From an uncultured bacterium (lineage in GTDB: Bacteria > Acidobacteriota > HRBIN11 > JAKEFK01): DNA of 64,000 bases. The notes beneath the pieces were generated by a model, which searched no databases, had not been told where the DNA came from, and was given only the letters and a program-made list of their open reading frames with translations. Positions 1 through 10,961 of the stretch are shown piece after piece; the stretch's first letter is position 1, and each line of letters starts with the position of its first letter. A program made the translations under genes and the position numbers. The DNA is taken from NCBI GenBank assembly GCA_963771165.1, contig CAVYSN010000001.1, forward strand, positions 62,980 to 126,979, given 5' to 3'.

Positions 1-364
1 TGCATTTGAACCCGTTGACAGTCCGTTTATTCCCCGTATTTTGAACGTTGAGCTGCGCGTTCTGATTCATCTGTTTTAACATGGCTCCGGCCATATTCAT
101 CATATCGAGGCTCATGACCAGTACCTGTTTTTTGTCGGGATCCACTCTGTAGACTTTCTTTGTTCCAAGATCGAGGATCTGGTATTGCGCTACATTTTGA
201 TGTTCGATCCGTGCCTTGTTTCCTTTGATCTTCATGGTCTGGATTGTGTTCACACCGGGCTGGCCCATCATGGCACTGGTCTCCACTTTTTGAAGGATCG
301 TTGTATCAGCACTGCAAAGATTTGTTACGCCAACGATTGCCAGAATGACTAGAAAATGTCTCAT
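1..364 (-). CDS. Secreted hypothetical protein (DUF4412-like), 3' partial at window edge
   Basis: Minus-strand ORF starting ATG 364-362 with an AGGAGA SD upstream. Signal-peptide-like N-terminus MRHFLVILAIVGVTNLCSA. Its ATG overlaps the TGA stop of the upstream kinase gene (ATGA). Not in the ORF track because it runs off the window. Confidence 0.55.
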   Translation of the reverse strand, partial: MRHFLVILAIVGVTNLCSADTTILQKVETSAMMGQPGVNTIQTMKIKGNKARIEHQNVAQYQILDLGTKKVYRVDPDKKQVLVMSLDMMNMAGAMLKQMNQNAQLNVQNTGNKRTVNGFKC

Positions 365-3300
365 ATTGGTTCTCCTGAGTTTTTTTGTGATTCGTATCCT
401 TTTTTAAGATCTTCCATAACGTCCTTCAATGTAGAATAGCGTTGATTTCGGTCCTTTTCCAATGTCTTTAAGATAATTTTGTGCAGCCAATCGGGAATGT
501 CGGGATTTAGTTTGAGCAGATCAGGCGGCGGCTGGCTCAAATGTTTCAAAACGATTGTTCGCGGATCTTCTCCGGTGAAAGGCTCTTCTCCAGTGAACAT
601 GTAAAACATCAAAACACCGATAGCATATTGATCCGACCGCACGTCAAGGTCCTTTCCTTGAATTTGTTCAGGGGACATATACTTGGGCGATCCCATGACC
701 TGGCCGCTGGTTACATCCACATTGTCCATGGATCGAGCAATTCCAAAATCCAGAACGTGTGGGTTCATAGATTTGTCCATCAAAACGTTCTGCGGTTTCA
801 AATCGCGATGGATGATTCCCTGGGCATGAGCTGCCTGAACTCCCTGCATCATTTTAACAGTCACGGCCAGCAAGGTCTTAAAATCGGGTTTCGCTCTTCT
901 GATCCAGTCATCCAGACTATGTCCTTCGATGTATTCCATGGAGATGTAGCGATTGCCTTTGTATTTACCTGTGTCGAAGACTTTGACAACATAAGGATGC
1001 GCAATACTGCGCGTGACTTTGATTTCACGAAGGAAACGTTTTTGAATCACAGGGTCTGTGCTGATTTCCGCACGCAAAACTTTGAGCGCAACGATTTCAT
1101 CGAGATCACGATCTCGAGCTTTATAAACATGACCCATTCCACCAAGGCCGATTTCCTTGATGATTTCGTATCTTTGGTTGAGAATCATGCCGGCAACAAT
1201 GTCTGCTACTTCCAGCTCTTCCAAAATCTGATCCGCGCCTGCATAGCGACGTTTCGGATCTTTGTGTAAACACTTCTGCATGATTTTTAACAGGAATACA
1301 GGGACCGGAAGGGGATAAGTATCCGGAAAAGCTGGAACCTGTTTGAGATGCTGCAGTTCAACGTCCTGGCCGCTAAAAGGCGTTTTTGCGTACAGCATTT
1401 CATAAAGCACAATTCCAAGCGAATAAATGTCCGTGCGCGCATCCACCTTTTGGCCCAGAATCCGTTCAGGACTGGCGTATTGTTTGGACACCAGGGTGCT
1501 TCCTTTTTCCCATTTCGCATCGATTCCAAAATTCGCAATCTTAATATGATTGCCGGTCGCGCAGTAAATGTTTTCCGGACAAAGATTTTTATGAACCACT
1601 TTTTTCTTGTGAGCAAAGGATAATCCAAGGCAAAGCTGTGAAACCATCTCGCATACTTCCGATACTTCCAGTGGTCCGTGCGCGAGCCGCTGTCGCAATG
1701 TTGGTCCTTCCACGAATTCCATGCAGACGAAATAGTAATCTTCATCCTTTCCGCTGTCGTAGATCGTTAATATGTTGCTGTGGATCAGACCGGACACGAT
1801 GCGAGTTTGCTCCAGAATGTTGCGGGTGATGTTCTTGTCCTGCTCCGGAAAACGCCGGATCAGCACCGGGCGCGCCAGCACAGTGTCCTGCGCTTTGTAA
1901 AGCGTACCAAAGGGGTCTTTTCCCAGCTTTTCCAGCAGCTCGTAGCGGGATGCGAGAATCCTTTTGAGCCCCGTGGGTGTAAAATCCGGGCTTCCCTGGA
2001 CACCATCTAATAAATTCGAAGACTTGATGCGCTGAAGCCTTTTTAACGCATCACTGTAATCGAGATCCACGGAGACGATCTTTTCGTAAATTTCACTCGA
2101 TTTCGAATACTGTGCCCCTTTCTCATAAGCCAACGCCAGACCGTAATAGGTCTGAATGTTGTTTTTGGACAGAGGCTGGTCCCGGATGGCTTCTTTAAAT
2201 TTTTCCTGTGCCACCGAGATACATTTCCATTTGAGTGAAAAGCTGTCCAAGCATGAGACAGGCCTCCGGGTAGTCGTCATCTTCCGATTGGACCTGTTGG
2301 AGAATGGATATGGCCGGCTGGATACTCTTTCTATCGATCAGGAGTTTTGCTGCGCGGATGCTTTTATGGGAGCGGACCAGACATTCTATGGCTTGTTCTA
2401 CCATATCCGCCTGTTCAAAGTAATGTGCCGCCTGTTCGAAGTTTTTTGCTCTGTCAAATAACTCCGCAGCTTTTTTGTAATCCTGCTGCTTGAGAGAAAG
2501 TTCAGCGGCCTTAGGATAGTCTTCCAGCGCCTCATAATAATCCGTAGCGCGTCGATAGTCCTTGAGCCCTTTCAAATGCTTCTGCCGCTCTTGCTCTGCG
2601 TCCAATTTGCAAATAGAGTTCGCCCGCTTCATGAAACTTACCCTGTTGGAAACAGATGTCTGCCAGGAGTTCCTTATTTTCCAGCTCGTCACCCAACCGG
2701 GAAAGGAGCTGGTATGCGGATTCATACTCGTGGATTCGATAATAAAGTTCTGCGGCTTTTTCATACTGATTCGAGAGGGAATAACATTCCGCTGCCTTTG
2801 TATAGTTTTCGGTAAGCTCAAAAGCCTCAGCAGCCCGTTCGTATTTCTTAAAGCGAAGATATAGAGTTCCCGCCGCTTGACCGACTTTGATCATTCTTGT
2901 TCGGTGACTTTGAATGAACCCCTTCTCTTCCCGTTCGCTATAGAGTTGTTTGAAGCGCCGGAAGTATACATCTGCAGCGCGTTCGTATTTTTGCGCTTGA
3001 ACATACAGATAAGCGGCGCGATCCAGAAGCTCAGCTTTTTCGGCAAGAAAAGCGGCACGGGGAATGTCACCGGCCTTTTCGGCCATTTCGGAAGCCCGCA
3101 TGACGTCGCCATTCTTTTCAAACATCGCCGAGGCTGTCCGGTAATCCTTTCAATCTGCCGCTGTAAATTTCGGCGGCATCGGAAATTTTTCCGGCCTGGA
3201 CATAATATTTTGCAGCTTCTTTCCAGTCGCCGCTCTTTTCCAGCATGCGGGCTGCAGAGTGTATAGTGGCCGCCTTTGAGATACATCTGCATTGCGTTCT

Positions 3301-3391
3301 TTTCATCTCCGGCCAGATAGTAAAAATCGCCGGCTTTTGAGTAATCCTCTTGACGTTTCGCCTTCCTGGCTTCTCTTAAGTAATCGGACAT
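361..3391 (-). CDS. TPR-repeat / pseudokinase / Ser-Thr protein kinase multidomain protein, split over at least 5 reading frames (likely assembly indels)
   Basis: ORF pieces 2891..3391, 3118..3306, 2532..3125, 2195..2821 and 361..2280 are collinear on the minus strand. The N-terminal pieces carry TPR/Sel1-like repeats. The middle kinase-like domain lacks the catalytic Lys (VLIRRF), has HKN for HRD and NFG for DFG. The C-terminal domain is canonical (GLGGMG, ALK, HRDLKPQN, DFG, SPE). Confidence 0.75.
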
Positions 3392-3556
3392 CGGCTATTC
3401 AGGATTGTTGAGATACGGATTGCAAGGGCAGAACACACGCATTTACACATTTTATCACGTTGAGCAGGAGGGGGTTGTTCTTCAAGAAAAGATAGCGATG
3501 AGAGTAAAGAGCGAACGAATTCTTTGCTTCCTTCACGATCTTTTGTCCAAAAAGAG

Positions 3557-5000
3557 CTAGAACCCGTATTCTTTCCACCGTTTGGTGACAAGCGCTTTAA
3601 CTTCCGGACTCATGACAATTTCATCCGGCCACGGGCGAGTGAATCCTTCTTCTTTCCACTTTCGTGTTGCATCCACTCCCATGTGCGAGCCGTAACCCAT
3701 CAGGCGAGACGAGTGATCCAGAACATCGACAGGCCCCATCACGAATTCGATGTCACGTTCCGGATCAATGTGATTCAATGCTTTCCACGCGACTTCACTG
3801 ATATTCTGAACATCCACATCGTCATCTACGACAACAATGACTTTTGTAAACATCGCCTGGCCCAATCCCCAGATCCCGTGCATGATCTTTCGCGCATGTC
3901 CGGCGTAGCGTTTCTTGATGCTGACAAGCATCAGGTTGTGAAACATTCCTTCAAAAGGCATGTGCATGTCAACGATTTCCGGGAATTGTTTCCGGATGAC
4001 AGGCAGAAATAGTCGCTCCACGGCCTGTCCCATGTAATCGTCTTCCTGCGGCGGCGGTCCGACAATGATGGTTTGGTAAATCGGATTCTTTCGATGGGTA
4101 ATGCAAGTCAAATGAAATGCGGGATACAGATCTTCTAATGAGTAATAACCCGTGTGATCGCCGAAAGGTCCTTCGATTTTCAGTTCTTCCGCCGGGTCCA
4201 CATAACCTTCCAGAACAATTTCAGCATGGGCCGGCACTTCCAGATCCACCGTTTCGCAACGAACCATCTCGACTGATTTTTCCCGTAACAGATCCGGCGA
4301 AGAGCATTTCGTAGATGTTGTCCGGCAGCGGTGCGATGGCGCTAAACGTAAGGACCGGGTCGCAGCCGATTGCTATTGCCACTTCCATCCGCTTTTTCTC
4401 GGCAAGATATTGTTGATGATGCGCTGCGCCATGTTTGTGCAGCTGCCAGTGCATCAAAAGAGTGCGATCATCGATCACCTGCAAGTCGATAGCATCCGCA
4501 ATTGTGTTTGCCCGTTTCGCTGATCAACGGTAAATACGAGCGGTAGGGTAATGTATCGTCCGCCATCCCTGGGCCAGCATTTTAAAACAGGCAAAGATTT
4601 CAGCGAAGGGCTTCTCTTTTACAATGACTTCTTTGCATGGACCCGACTTCACGCTCTTAGGCGCCATTTGTGCGATTTCGGTGAGTCGTGGAATCAGCTT
4701 GAGCTTATCCATAAAATTGGCTGGTTTTTCGAGGAGCTCAAAATACTTTTCAAAAAATGTTTCGTACGAATCGAGCCCCAATGCTGCCAGCATTCGTTTT
4801 TTGCTTCCCAGTGCATTGATCAGAACGGGAATGTCGTAACCCCTGGGATTTTCAAATAGAAGCGCCGGACCATTCTGTTTGGAAATACGATCGGTGATTT
4901 CAGCGATTTCCAGTTCCACGTCGACCGGGGCTTGTATCCGCTTTAGCTCCCCCATCTGATCGAGCGTTTGTACGAATTCACGGAGATCTTTATATGCCAT
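3557..5000 (-). CDS. ubiD: UbiD-family decarboxylase (3-octaprenyl-4-hydroxybenzoate carboxy-lyase-like), split in 3 frames
   Basis: Pieces 4524..5000 (N-term MAYKDLREFVQTLDQMGELKRI), 4221..4484 and 3557..4267 (C-term) are collinear and match the UbiD family end to end. Confidence 0.75.
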
Positions 5001-5008
5001 GGATCATC

Positions 5009-6556
5009 TCACACGAGTAGTGGCAGAGCATTTGCCCCGCTGTTGTGTCTGAACGTGCTGGCGTTCAGGGCGTGCCTTGCCCACCGAGGGTGATGTTCTT
5101 TTGCAAATGCTCTGCAAGTTTGATGAAATTTTGCAGAGCATTTCCTCGGAGGAGCATGTTCATACAAAGACAAAATCACCAATTCAAAAGTCTTGTTTTC
5201 GGAATTACACAGGAATTGCTCTGCCACTACAAGCCTTCGAACTCTTACCCGTTGACGTTCTGGATTCTTCTCAACTTTCCGACTGCGTTTGTTGCCGCTC
5301 TCGCAATTTCCACTTCCTTGATCTCTTAAATAAGGCTCAAGATAGGTGATCGCAACCGGCTGATGCATATTACCAAGCAAATCAATTAACTGAATCTTAA
5401 ATTTTTTATCTGCACCTTTTAAGTAAGCTGCAACTCCGGGTACGGCGCGAGGTCCTAATTCTACCAGATAGCTTTCGGCCTGACTTTCGAATTCCGGATC
5501 TTTTAAATTCAGAACAACGGTATCGATGTACGCAGATTCTCCCAAAGCGTACAGGCTAAAGCTGAGCGCTGTCTTAACCGCCGGCTCTTTTCCCGTTGAA
5601 AGTGAAGCTGCAGTCTCTGAACGTGCTGAGTCAGATTCATACGTCCGATTCCTTCAATCGCCGAAATTTGCAAAGCCTTATCTTCGGAATCCAAATACTT
5701 TACCATCCAGGATTCGTATGCTGGATCCGCGATTCTGCTGATTGCGTGAAAAGCAGCACGTCTGTAATCGTCATCATCGGAATATTCAAACAGTTTTTGC
5801 AATTCCGGCAAGGCTTCTCGATAACGAAGCTGTCCCAGAACGCGCGCGGTGTCTGTTACAACATCTTCATTCGAATGCTTTAGCATAGGAACTAAGATAA
5901 GGTCCGGCGGCAGGATCTCCAATGTAGCCAAGCGATCGTACGGTGGTCCGTACCATTTTCGTATTGGGTGACCTCAAGTAGAATGCAAGTCTTGGCAGCG
6001 AGGATCTTGCGCGCAGCAGACCGAGTACGGCAGCCGCTTCGATTCGATTGTCTGATCACTTTCTGATCCAGCACGAAAAGTGATGGAATCCACCGCTTGC
6101 TGATCCACTCTCAACCATGGTTCCACAATCGTGACTTCCGGCGGATCAAAAAGCGCCGAAATCGATGCCATTAACTTTTTTAACTTTCCATGTTCGTGAC
6201 TTGGAATGTAGACCTCGGTTAACAACGACATCGCCTTTTCCTGGGCTTCGCCTTGCGTATTTCGCACGGCCCGGCTGAGATAAGCGACCTGTTGCGGATG
6301 ATGAATTTTACCGAGAGCTTCCACCACGGCCAGCTGAACTTTTGGATCTTTATCGAGCGTTGCTTCGTCTAAAGCTTCGAGTCGCCAGCTTTTCACCGCG
6401 ATCCCCAACTTCTTTTGCAGCTTCGACAGTGCACTTTCGGATCTGTGTTTTTCAGATTCTGAATCAGCTCATCTGTCGAGAGCTTCTCAGCCGCAAAAGA
6501 TGGGAGCGTAAACGCTAAAGACAATAGTACCAGTGTGATCTTATCTAACCTCATCT
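5009..6556 (-). CDS. HEAT/PBS-lyase-like repeat protein with signal peptide, split in several frames; the 3' end reads through repeat R1
   Basis: Pieces 5974..6408, 5509..5931 and 5009..5545 carry HEAT-like repeats (VAYLSRAV, ARVLGQL, LLGNMHQ). The N-terminus MRLDKITLVLLSLAFTLPSFAAEK starts at 6556 in another frame. The C-terminal ~80 codons are translation of the MITE-like element. Confidence 0.55.
5015..5233. repeat. MITE-like element R1 with terminal inverted repeats GAGTAGTGGCAGAGCATTT / AAATTGCTCTGCCACTACAAG and two internal GCAGAGCATTT boxes
   Basis: Box 1 at 5021 (direct), box 2 at 5107 (inverted, AAATGCTCTGC), box 3 at 5137 (direct), box 4 at 5214 (inverted). The same architecture recurs at 51419..51635 and 53919..54310. 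Confidence 0.7.
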
Positions 6557-6603
6557 CATCTTCTCCAGTGTAAAGTTAGATTTATTGTAACATGAACAGA
6601 CAA

Positions 6604-6630
6604 CAAAAAAGGCGGGCAAAAAGCCCGCCT
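6604..6630 (-). terminator. Rho-independent terminator downstream of the pilX-like gene
   Basis: GGCGGGC-AAAAA-GCCCGCC hairpin with an A-run on the plus strand (a T-run on the minus transcript), immediately after the stop at 6653. Confidence 0.7.
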
Positions 6631-6652
6631 TGAAACTACAGTCTTAAGGTAT

Positions 6653-8947
6653 CTATTGCACTCGTTGCGACTCTTCCCAGTCTCGCATGCGTACCGACTC
6701 TGTCGACCAAATGTCGCTAGGGTTCTCACAATCATAGTGGAGGTCGAGGCTACCGAAGACCTCTGTTTCGTCCACATCTCCTGAGCAGGTCGCCCGGTCT
6801 TCCGCAATCACGAACCCATTCACACCGACGGTACCATTAAAGCGGATCGATTCATGTGCCAGATACGCGCCTGCGAAGTTCTGTTGCGTTCCTGTGGGGG
6901 CTCCATTGCAATCCGTGCTATTGCAAGCAAGATCATCTGCGGTTCCGTGCAAGTTTAAGTCGCGTCCCGCTACGACCGCCCACCTATAGTCCGGATCACC
7001 GGCCGGTGGATTGATGTTGACCGTTCCTCCGGCACGAACATTGCCGTAACCGATTACTGTGATTCTCCAGGTTGCGTTCAAGTCAAACAACGGATCGTCG
7101 TCGATATTGATTTGAGCAGCAGGATTCGAAGTTCCTGTATCGTAATAAAAAATTCTGCTCACGTTGCCGCCGAAATCGACATCCGCGTAGGTGAAGATCA
7201 CAGCATTGTAGAGGGGCGAATAGATATCGTTGCCGGTTGCAGTGATATCACCATTGCTTATAATCGTGGACGTATCGAAGTCAGCGCTGTTGTCTCCTGT
7301 GTCAACCGTCTCATACAAGCCTGAGACGGCGTTCAATTCCACTGCTCGGACTCCTGGCAGTGGTTTTGTGAAAAGGCAGGAGCTATAAGTGCCGCACGAG
7401 GTTGAACGCGGTTGGGCTGTACCTGCTCCGCCAACCGATTTTAGTGCATTGCTTCGAGCGTCCACGCCATTGACATGGGGGAAGTCATTCACGTTCCAGT
7501 CATTTTGATCGGAGCCGCTGTTGTCTACTGAGGCAATATAAGGAGTATTCGGGATCGTCTCAAATTCTCCACCTGACGGACAGACTTCGGTGCTCAAGCT
7601 GTTATCCGGATTCCATCCGTAGAAAGTGTTGTTTTGACCGGTGACTCCCTCGGTCGCGGGGGTCCATGAAGAGCCTGAATCTAATGACCACGCATCGGCA
7701 TTGCACAACCCAGGTGTAAGCCCGCAAGTAACCACACGTCCACAATTATCTAACCGTATGGTATCGATATTTGCCTGGTCACTGTTTCCGATTAACCGCC
7801 AGATCCATCTTGAGTCCTTGGGAGGCTCGAGACCGAGCCCTGTATCGCCATAATTGCGATAGGCTTTGTATATGTAAATGGTGTTGTTATCGGCTTTCAC
7901 GATCGCGAAGTACTTTGAACTGCCGGGGTCGAATTCAGTGGGCGCCGGGCAATGTAGGAAATCGGGCAGTGTTCCATCAATCGAAGTATTGAATATTGCC
8001 GGATCGGGTCTGAAAATAGCATTGTAAGGGTTCACAATAGGGATGTAGATTTCCGGCTGTGTTCCCATGTCTCCAAGGATTGCTCCACCGTCGTATAGGA
8101 ATCCTTCTGTTCCCGTCACGGATCCGCAAGCGGATGGCCCCTCCCAGGTCATTGTCCCGTTTGCATGCGCGCTACCGCACTCGCCGCAAAGCTCAAGAGA
8201 TCCATGAACATTCATGTCGGAGTCGCTTCGGATTGCAACCGAGCCGACCGGGGAGAATCGCCCTACCAGATGACGTTCGGACTGGCCGCGGGTGGCAATT
8301 GTCGTATCCTCCGATGCGTCGTCGTCTAAATCCACAAACACAGGATAGATAGTCCGTACTTCGACTCTGACTCGCAGATCCGTATCGTTCGAATCGGCAC
8401 TGACCGGATCATAATTATCGAAAACTCGGGCATAAACGACTGTTCGAATATTGCCGTCATACCGATTGTCATTGTTTTCGTCCACGCCTAACCGGAATAC
8501 TTCCCAGTTTAATCCTGGAAAACTTGCTAACGTATCAATTCCGGATACGGTTTCCTCATTATCATTATCTATCTCTAAACGGTTCATCGTGGGATCGAAA
8601 TTATTCTTAAACCCTAAAATGTTCGCCATCCCGGTGGGCTTCACGGATCCATTCAGAACTCCATCCAGATCAGAAGGTCTGACAGTCACCACATAAGTCC
8701 TGATGGTTCGGTTCGCAAAATCAACCGCCCACTCTGCGTCGGCAAGAGCGTGAAAGGAATCCTGCTCGTTTTGTGAAATCAGGTGTTCCGTATTGCTTTG
8801 CATCACAAGCGAAAGCGAAATCAGCACCAGTGTCAGCATCACCATCATCGTGATGACCAGAGCAACACCTGGCTGCTTTGCTTTTCCGATTGTTTTTGCG
8901 AGGATTCTTGCGTTTCGCAGGATATATTTTTTCATAGATGCTCCCAT
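6653..8947 (-). CDS. Large PilX-N-domain pilus-associated protein (Asp/Asn/Gly/Thr-rich, adhesin-like)
   Basis: N-terminus GVALVITMMVMLTLVLISLSL fits the PilX_N pattern. 764 aa, low-complexity D/N/G/T-rich body. Last gene of the minor-pilin operon. Confidence 0.6.
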   Translation of the reverse strand: MGASMKKYILRNARILAKTIGKAKQPGVALVITMMVMLTLVLISLSLVMQSNTEHLISQNEQDSFHALADAEWAVDFANRTIRTYVVTVRPSDLDGVLNGSVKPTGMANILGFKNNFDPTMNRLEIDNDNEETVSGIDTLASFPGLNWEVFRLGVDENNDNRYDGNIRTVVYARVFDNYDPVSADSNDTDLRVRVEVRTIYPVFVDLDDDASEDTTIATRGQSERHLVGRFSPVGSVAIRSDSDMNVHGSLELCGECGSAHANGTMTWEGPSACGSVTGTEGFLYDGGAILGDMGTQPEIYIPIVNPYNAIFRPDPAIFNTSIDGTLPDFLHCPAPTEFDPGSSKYFAIVKADNNTIYIYKAYRNYGDTGLGLEPPKDSRWIWRLIGNSDQANIDTIRLDNCGRVVTCGLTPGLCNADAWSLDSGSSWTPATEGVTGQNNTFYGWNPDNSLSTEVCPSGGEFETIPNTPYIASVDNSGSDQNDWNVNDFPHVNGVDARSNALKSVGGAGTAQPRSTSCGTYSSCLFTKPLPGVRAVELNAVSGLYETVDTGDNSADFDTSTIISNGDITATGNDIYSPLYNAVIFTYADVDFGGNVSRIFYYDTGTSNPAAQINIDDDPLFDLNATWRITVIGYGNVRAGGTVNINPPAGDPDYRWAVVAGRDLNLHGTADDLACNSTDCNGAPTGTQQNFAGAYLAHESIRFNGTVGVNGFVIAEDRATCSGDVDETEVFGSLDLHYDCENPSDIWSTESVRMRDWEESQRVQ

Positions 8948-8958
8948 TGTTTGACTTT

Positions 8959-9876
8959 CTAGTAGCGATGCTTTCGAACCAGAACTTGTGTCGTAAAGTC
9001 CGCACTCTGATAATCCCCAACTTTATCGGCACGATCTGTGGCTGTAAGATCAATTTGAATAATGTCAACACTGTTGGTGAATACCCCGAGAGGGACAGTT
9101 AACGCAATCGGCCCGGCACTTGTTTTCCTGTAATAGCTCAATCGGAATTCACTGATATTTGTGGCAAACGTCTGCCACGTGGCGGTCAGTGTGGGATCTG
9201 AAACTGGAGGTGTTAGATACCTTTCAGCAGCCCGTTGGATTTCGCATTGAGTGTAGTCCGGCTTAGCAGCTGTAGCTTCGTCGCAGATGGAGTCTCCATT
9301 CGTATCGGGCGTAAGTCTGTACATGACATGAAGAGGGCTGGCAAAAATTTCCGTTTCTGCCACAGCAAAAGCCTGAGCTGCTCCGGGGGTGATGTTTAAA
9401 ACGTCTCCGGTCCGGCTTGAGCAGGTTGTTGATTGCCAGTTTCTTCCGCGTTCTACGATCAAAATAGGAATGCCGTCAAATGGGCAGGCAAATTTCCCTT
9501 CCCCGGTTTCGACTGTGATAGTCGAAGCCCCACTTGCAATCGGTCCGGTAGGCAGGGAGTTGTAGCTATCTACATCCCCACGGAAAACGATCTGATTATC
9601 ATCACCGCTGTAAACAGCAGGATTCCAGGTCAGATTGGCTCCAATCTGACCGCCATTCGGTACCCCAAACCCGATCAGCCTCATTTCGCGTTCCATCGCC
9701 TCCAGAGTGAGCCTTCCATTTTCCTGCAGATTTGCCCTCTTTTCGGAGTGCAGGTACATCCACCTTCCACTGTCAAAAAAGTAATAAATACCAATCGCCA
9801 TGAGCGAGAAAATGGCAACGCTCACGATCATTTCCAGCAAACTAACACCTTTTTCCAAGCGTTTCATAAAGGTCAC
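8959..9876 (-). CDS. pilW: Type IV pilus minor pilin, PilW-like
   Basis: Prepilin-type N-terminus KG/VSLLEMIVSVAIFSL. Operon position between the pilV-like and pilX-like genes. Confidence 0.6.
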   Translation of the reverse strand: MTFMKRLEKGVSLLEMIVSVAIFSLMAIGIYYFFDSGRWMYLHSEKRANLQENGRLTLEAMEREMRLIGFGVPNGGQIGANLTWNPAVYSGDDNQIVFRGDVDSYNSLPTGPIASGASTITVETGEGKFACPFDGIPILIVERGRNWQSTTCSSRTGDVLNITPGAAQAFAVAETEIFASPLHVMYRLTPDTNGDSICDEATAAKPDYTQCEIQRAAERYLTPPVSDPTLTATWQTFATNISEFRLSYYRKTSAGPIALTVPLGVFTNSVDIIQIDLTATDRADKVGDYQSADFTTQVLVRKHRY

Positions 9877-9877
9877 C

Positions 9878-10327
9878 TTACTGAGTGATCAGCGTGGGGA
9901 AAACGATCCTTTTTTGTTCCAGCGCCTCAGAGTCCGACTTCAATGTTCCGGCGGAATCGTAAATGTCATACCCTGCCACCACGATGACTGATTTCGCATT
10001 CGTAAGGGCCGTGTAGTCTTCAACGACCCAGTGCACAGAATACTTATCCGCAGATCCGCCCGGCATCGGCCACTTCGGGAATGATGGAGTGGGATGGGTA
10101 CCCGCAACTAAATCACTGTGAGAAACCGGAATGGACCTGAGATAATCCAACTGCATTTGACCAAGATGGTTTAATGTGGCGCTTCTGCCCGAATTTGTAA
10201 TCTGCTTATATCCACCGGGCAATAGAGCCATAATTCCAAGCGCGACAAGTGAAAGGATTACAATTGCAACAAGAATCTCAATCAATGAAAACCCTTCTTG
10301 AGTTTGTTCCGGATCCTTTAAGTGCAT
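9878..10327 (-). CDS. pilV: Type IV pilus minor pilin, PilV-like
   Basis: N-terminal prepilin motif EG/FSLIEILVAIVILSLVALG. Confidence 0.6.
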   Translation of the reverse strand: MHLKDPEQTQEGFSLIEILVAIVILSLVALGIMALLPGGYKQITNSGRSATLNHLGQMQLDYLRSIPVSHSDLVAGTHPTPSFPKWPMPGGSADKYSVHWVVEDYTALTNAKSVIVVAGYDIYDSAGTLKSDSEALEQKRIVFPTLITQ

Positions 10328-10334
10328 GATTCCT

Positions 10335-10853
10335 CTACTCCTTCACTTTCGTTACCATTCCATTGGTCTGGACAGTGATGCGATAAATGTAATCATCGGT
10401 TGATTTCACCCGAATTGTGCTTCCACCGGTGATGGTGGCGGCGCCTCGGGGATTAAAAGTCACTTCTGTGATTCCTCCGGTCAAAATCTTGAGTCCACTG
10501 GCCACCGATGTGTCCGCATTGGAATATTTTACAAACGTCCCGTCCTTGTCATCATCCATCTGGACTTCGTAGGTGTTGGATGGATCTTCATTGAAAACAA
10601 CCTTGTAATTGATTCGCTTCTTTACGGCTGCCATTCTTGCAAAGCGGATGTTCATTGTGATTTGTTCCACAGCGGTTTGAGAACGGTAATTCTGTATCGT
10701 TTTAAAGAACGCAGGCAGGAATATCGCCGCAACAATTGCAATGAGACCTACCACGATCAGGGCTTCCAGTAAGGTGTACCCGCGATCCAATCCATTATCT
10801 TTTTCGCCCATTGTATTGTGATCCTCAGCAAACACCATACCCGACAAAAACAC
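10335..10853 (-). CDS. Type IV pilin-like pseudopilin, FimT/GspH-like
   Basis: Prepilin motif RG/YTLLEALIVVGLIAIVAAI followed by a GspH/FimT-like beta domain. First gene of the operon. Confidence 0.55.
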   Translation of the reverse strand: MFLSGMVFAEDHNTMGEKDNGLDRGYTLLEALIVVGLIAIVAAIFLPAFFKTIQNYRSQTAVEQITMNIRFARMAAVKKRINYKVVFNEDPSNTYEVQMDDDKDGTFVKYSNADTSVASGLKILTGGITEVTFNPRGAATITGGSTIRVKSTDDYIYRITVQTNGMVTKVKE

Positions 10854-10961
10854 TAGCGTAACTCCTTTAATTTTAATATGTTACCATCATTGCCTTTGAA
10901 TAGGAACGAAGCGCCCTACAAAAAAGTGCTACTTTTTGTAACATCGTAGCCCTAATCAGGA

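Noticed and set aside
541-1269. Plus-strand 242-aa ORF, and many similar 60-150-aa ORFs antisense to or overlapping long genes (e.g. 1287..1745, 7112..7324, 19659..20802 cluster, 31238..32268 cluster, 55199..56668 cluster)
   Set aside because: They lie entirely within well-supported genes on the opposite strand or in other frames, with low-complexity or Arg/Cys-rich composition typical of shadow ORFs.
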